From assembly GCA_034428835.1 (NCBI GenBank), contig DAOUHG010000028.1, positions 19,742 through 83,741 on the forward strand: DNA of 64,000 nucleotides, given 5' to 3'. Every line of letters starts with the position of its first letter. The first letter of the stretch is position 1. A program made the translations under genes and the position numbers. Positions 63,692 to 64,000 of this stretch are shown here, in pieces. Below the pieces are notes generated by a model. It worked only from the letters and a program-made list of their open reading frames with translations. It made no database searches and was not told the DNA's origin. This stretch comes from Dehalococcoidia bacterium. GTDB lineage: Bacteria; Chloroflexota; Dehalococcoidia; Lucifugimonadales; UBA1123.

Positions 63692-63832
63692 GGCAACCTC
63701 ATATCTGTATTGTCTTGGAACTAGTGAGCTTGCTGGACGATAGCATTGCGATAGGAGCAGGTCAATTCCGAGACCTGCCATCACGGTGTGCTACAATCCG
63801 ATCGCTCGTGAACACTCATTGCGGAGGACACC

Positions 63833-64000
63833 GTGGCCCGATCAACTCCCACGATCCGTGAGGCTAGTCCCAACGACGCTACCAGGATCGTAGATTTCCA
63901 ACAGGCGATGGCTCTCGAGACCGAAGGCAAGACTCTTGACCAATCTCGTATCACCGCCGGAGTCGATGCCGTACTCAACTCGCCGGACAAGGGCTTCTAC
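63833..64000 (+). CDS. GNAT family N-acetyltransferase, N-terminal part (runs off window end)
   Basis: Hand translation from GTG 63833 (GGAGGA 5 nt upstream) gives VARSTPTIREASPNDATRIVDFQQAMALETEGKTLDQSRITAGVDAVLNSPDKGFY, open to the end of the window. Confidence 0.55.
   Translation, partial: MARSTPTIREASPNDATRIVDFQQAMALETEGKTLDQSRITAGVDAVLNSPDKGFY

Overview
This is a 64-kb chromosomal segment from a moderately GC-rich bacterium. I support about 60 protein genes, 2 tRNA-Arg genes and several repeat elements. I saw no rRNA, CRISPR array, transposase, integrase or phage genes.

Gene content, in order:
- Central carbon: mdh, icd, and a biotin carboxyltransferase cluster (12S-like, small coupled ORF, 5S+BCCP-like) with no biotin carboxylase.
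- Cofactor and isoprenoid: nadE, ispH, aminotransferase, ComB-like phosphatase, aldo/keto reductase, F420-type LLM oxidoreductase.
- Amide and peptide catabolism: a 1,444-aa penicillin-acylase::CocE/NonD fusion, D-aminoacylase, a peptide-type ABC importer with no ATPase genes, gamma-glutamyltransferase, and a second CocE/NonD hydrolase.
- prfB with its classic +1 frameshift site.
- A lipid-anchored collagen-like surface protein, followed by a decayed orphan copy of its C-terminal domain.
- glmU, an MFS transporter, and ureABC. ureC carries a single-base frameshift and no urease accessory genes are present.
- dnaX-ybaB-recR-recO, ybeY, and hflKC preceded by three uncharacterised genes, two of which encode HExxH proteins.
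- An inositol-phosphate synthase / PimA-like GT4 / PIP-synthase-like lipid cluster.
- uvrA, and three toxin-antitoxin-like pairs (hicAB, vapBC, DUF2442/DUF4160).

The most unusual non-coding feature is a 1.5-kb gene-free mosaic at 42.4-43.9 kb, next to tRNA-Arg(CCT). It holds two oppositely oriented arrays of an 85-86-bp tandem repeat, a 124-bp MITE-like element with 12-bp terminal inverted repeats and 10-bp flanking direct repeats, and several REP-like hairpins. Members of that hairpin family also sit just after stop codons elsewhere in the window.

The block at 36.3-42.2 kb (ggt, flavoprotein, ureABC) looks more GC-rich than its surroundings and abuts the 3' end of that tRNA.

Taxonomy is inference only. 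F420-type enzymes, lipoproteins with long P/T/E-rich linkers and the REP family would fit a marine Chloroflexota-like (SAR202-like) or other monoderm lineage.

All calls come from reading the sequence and the ORF track. No database search was run.
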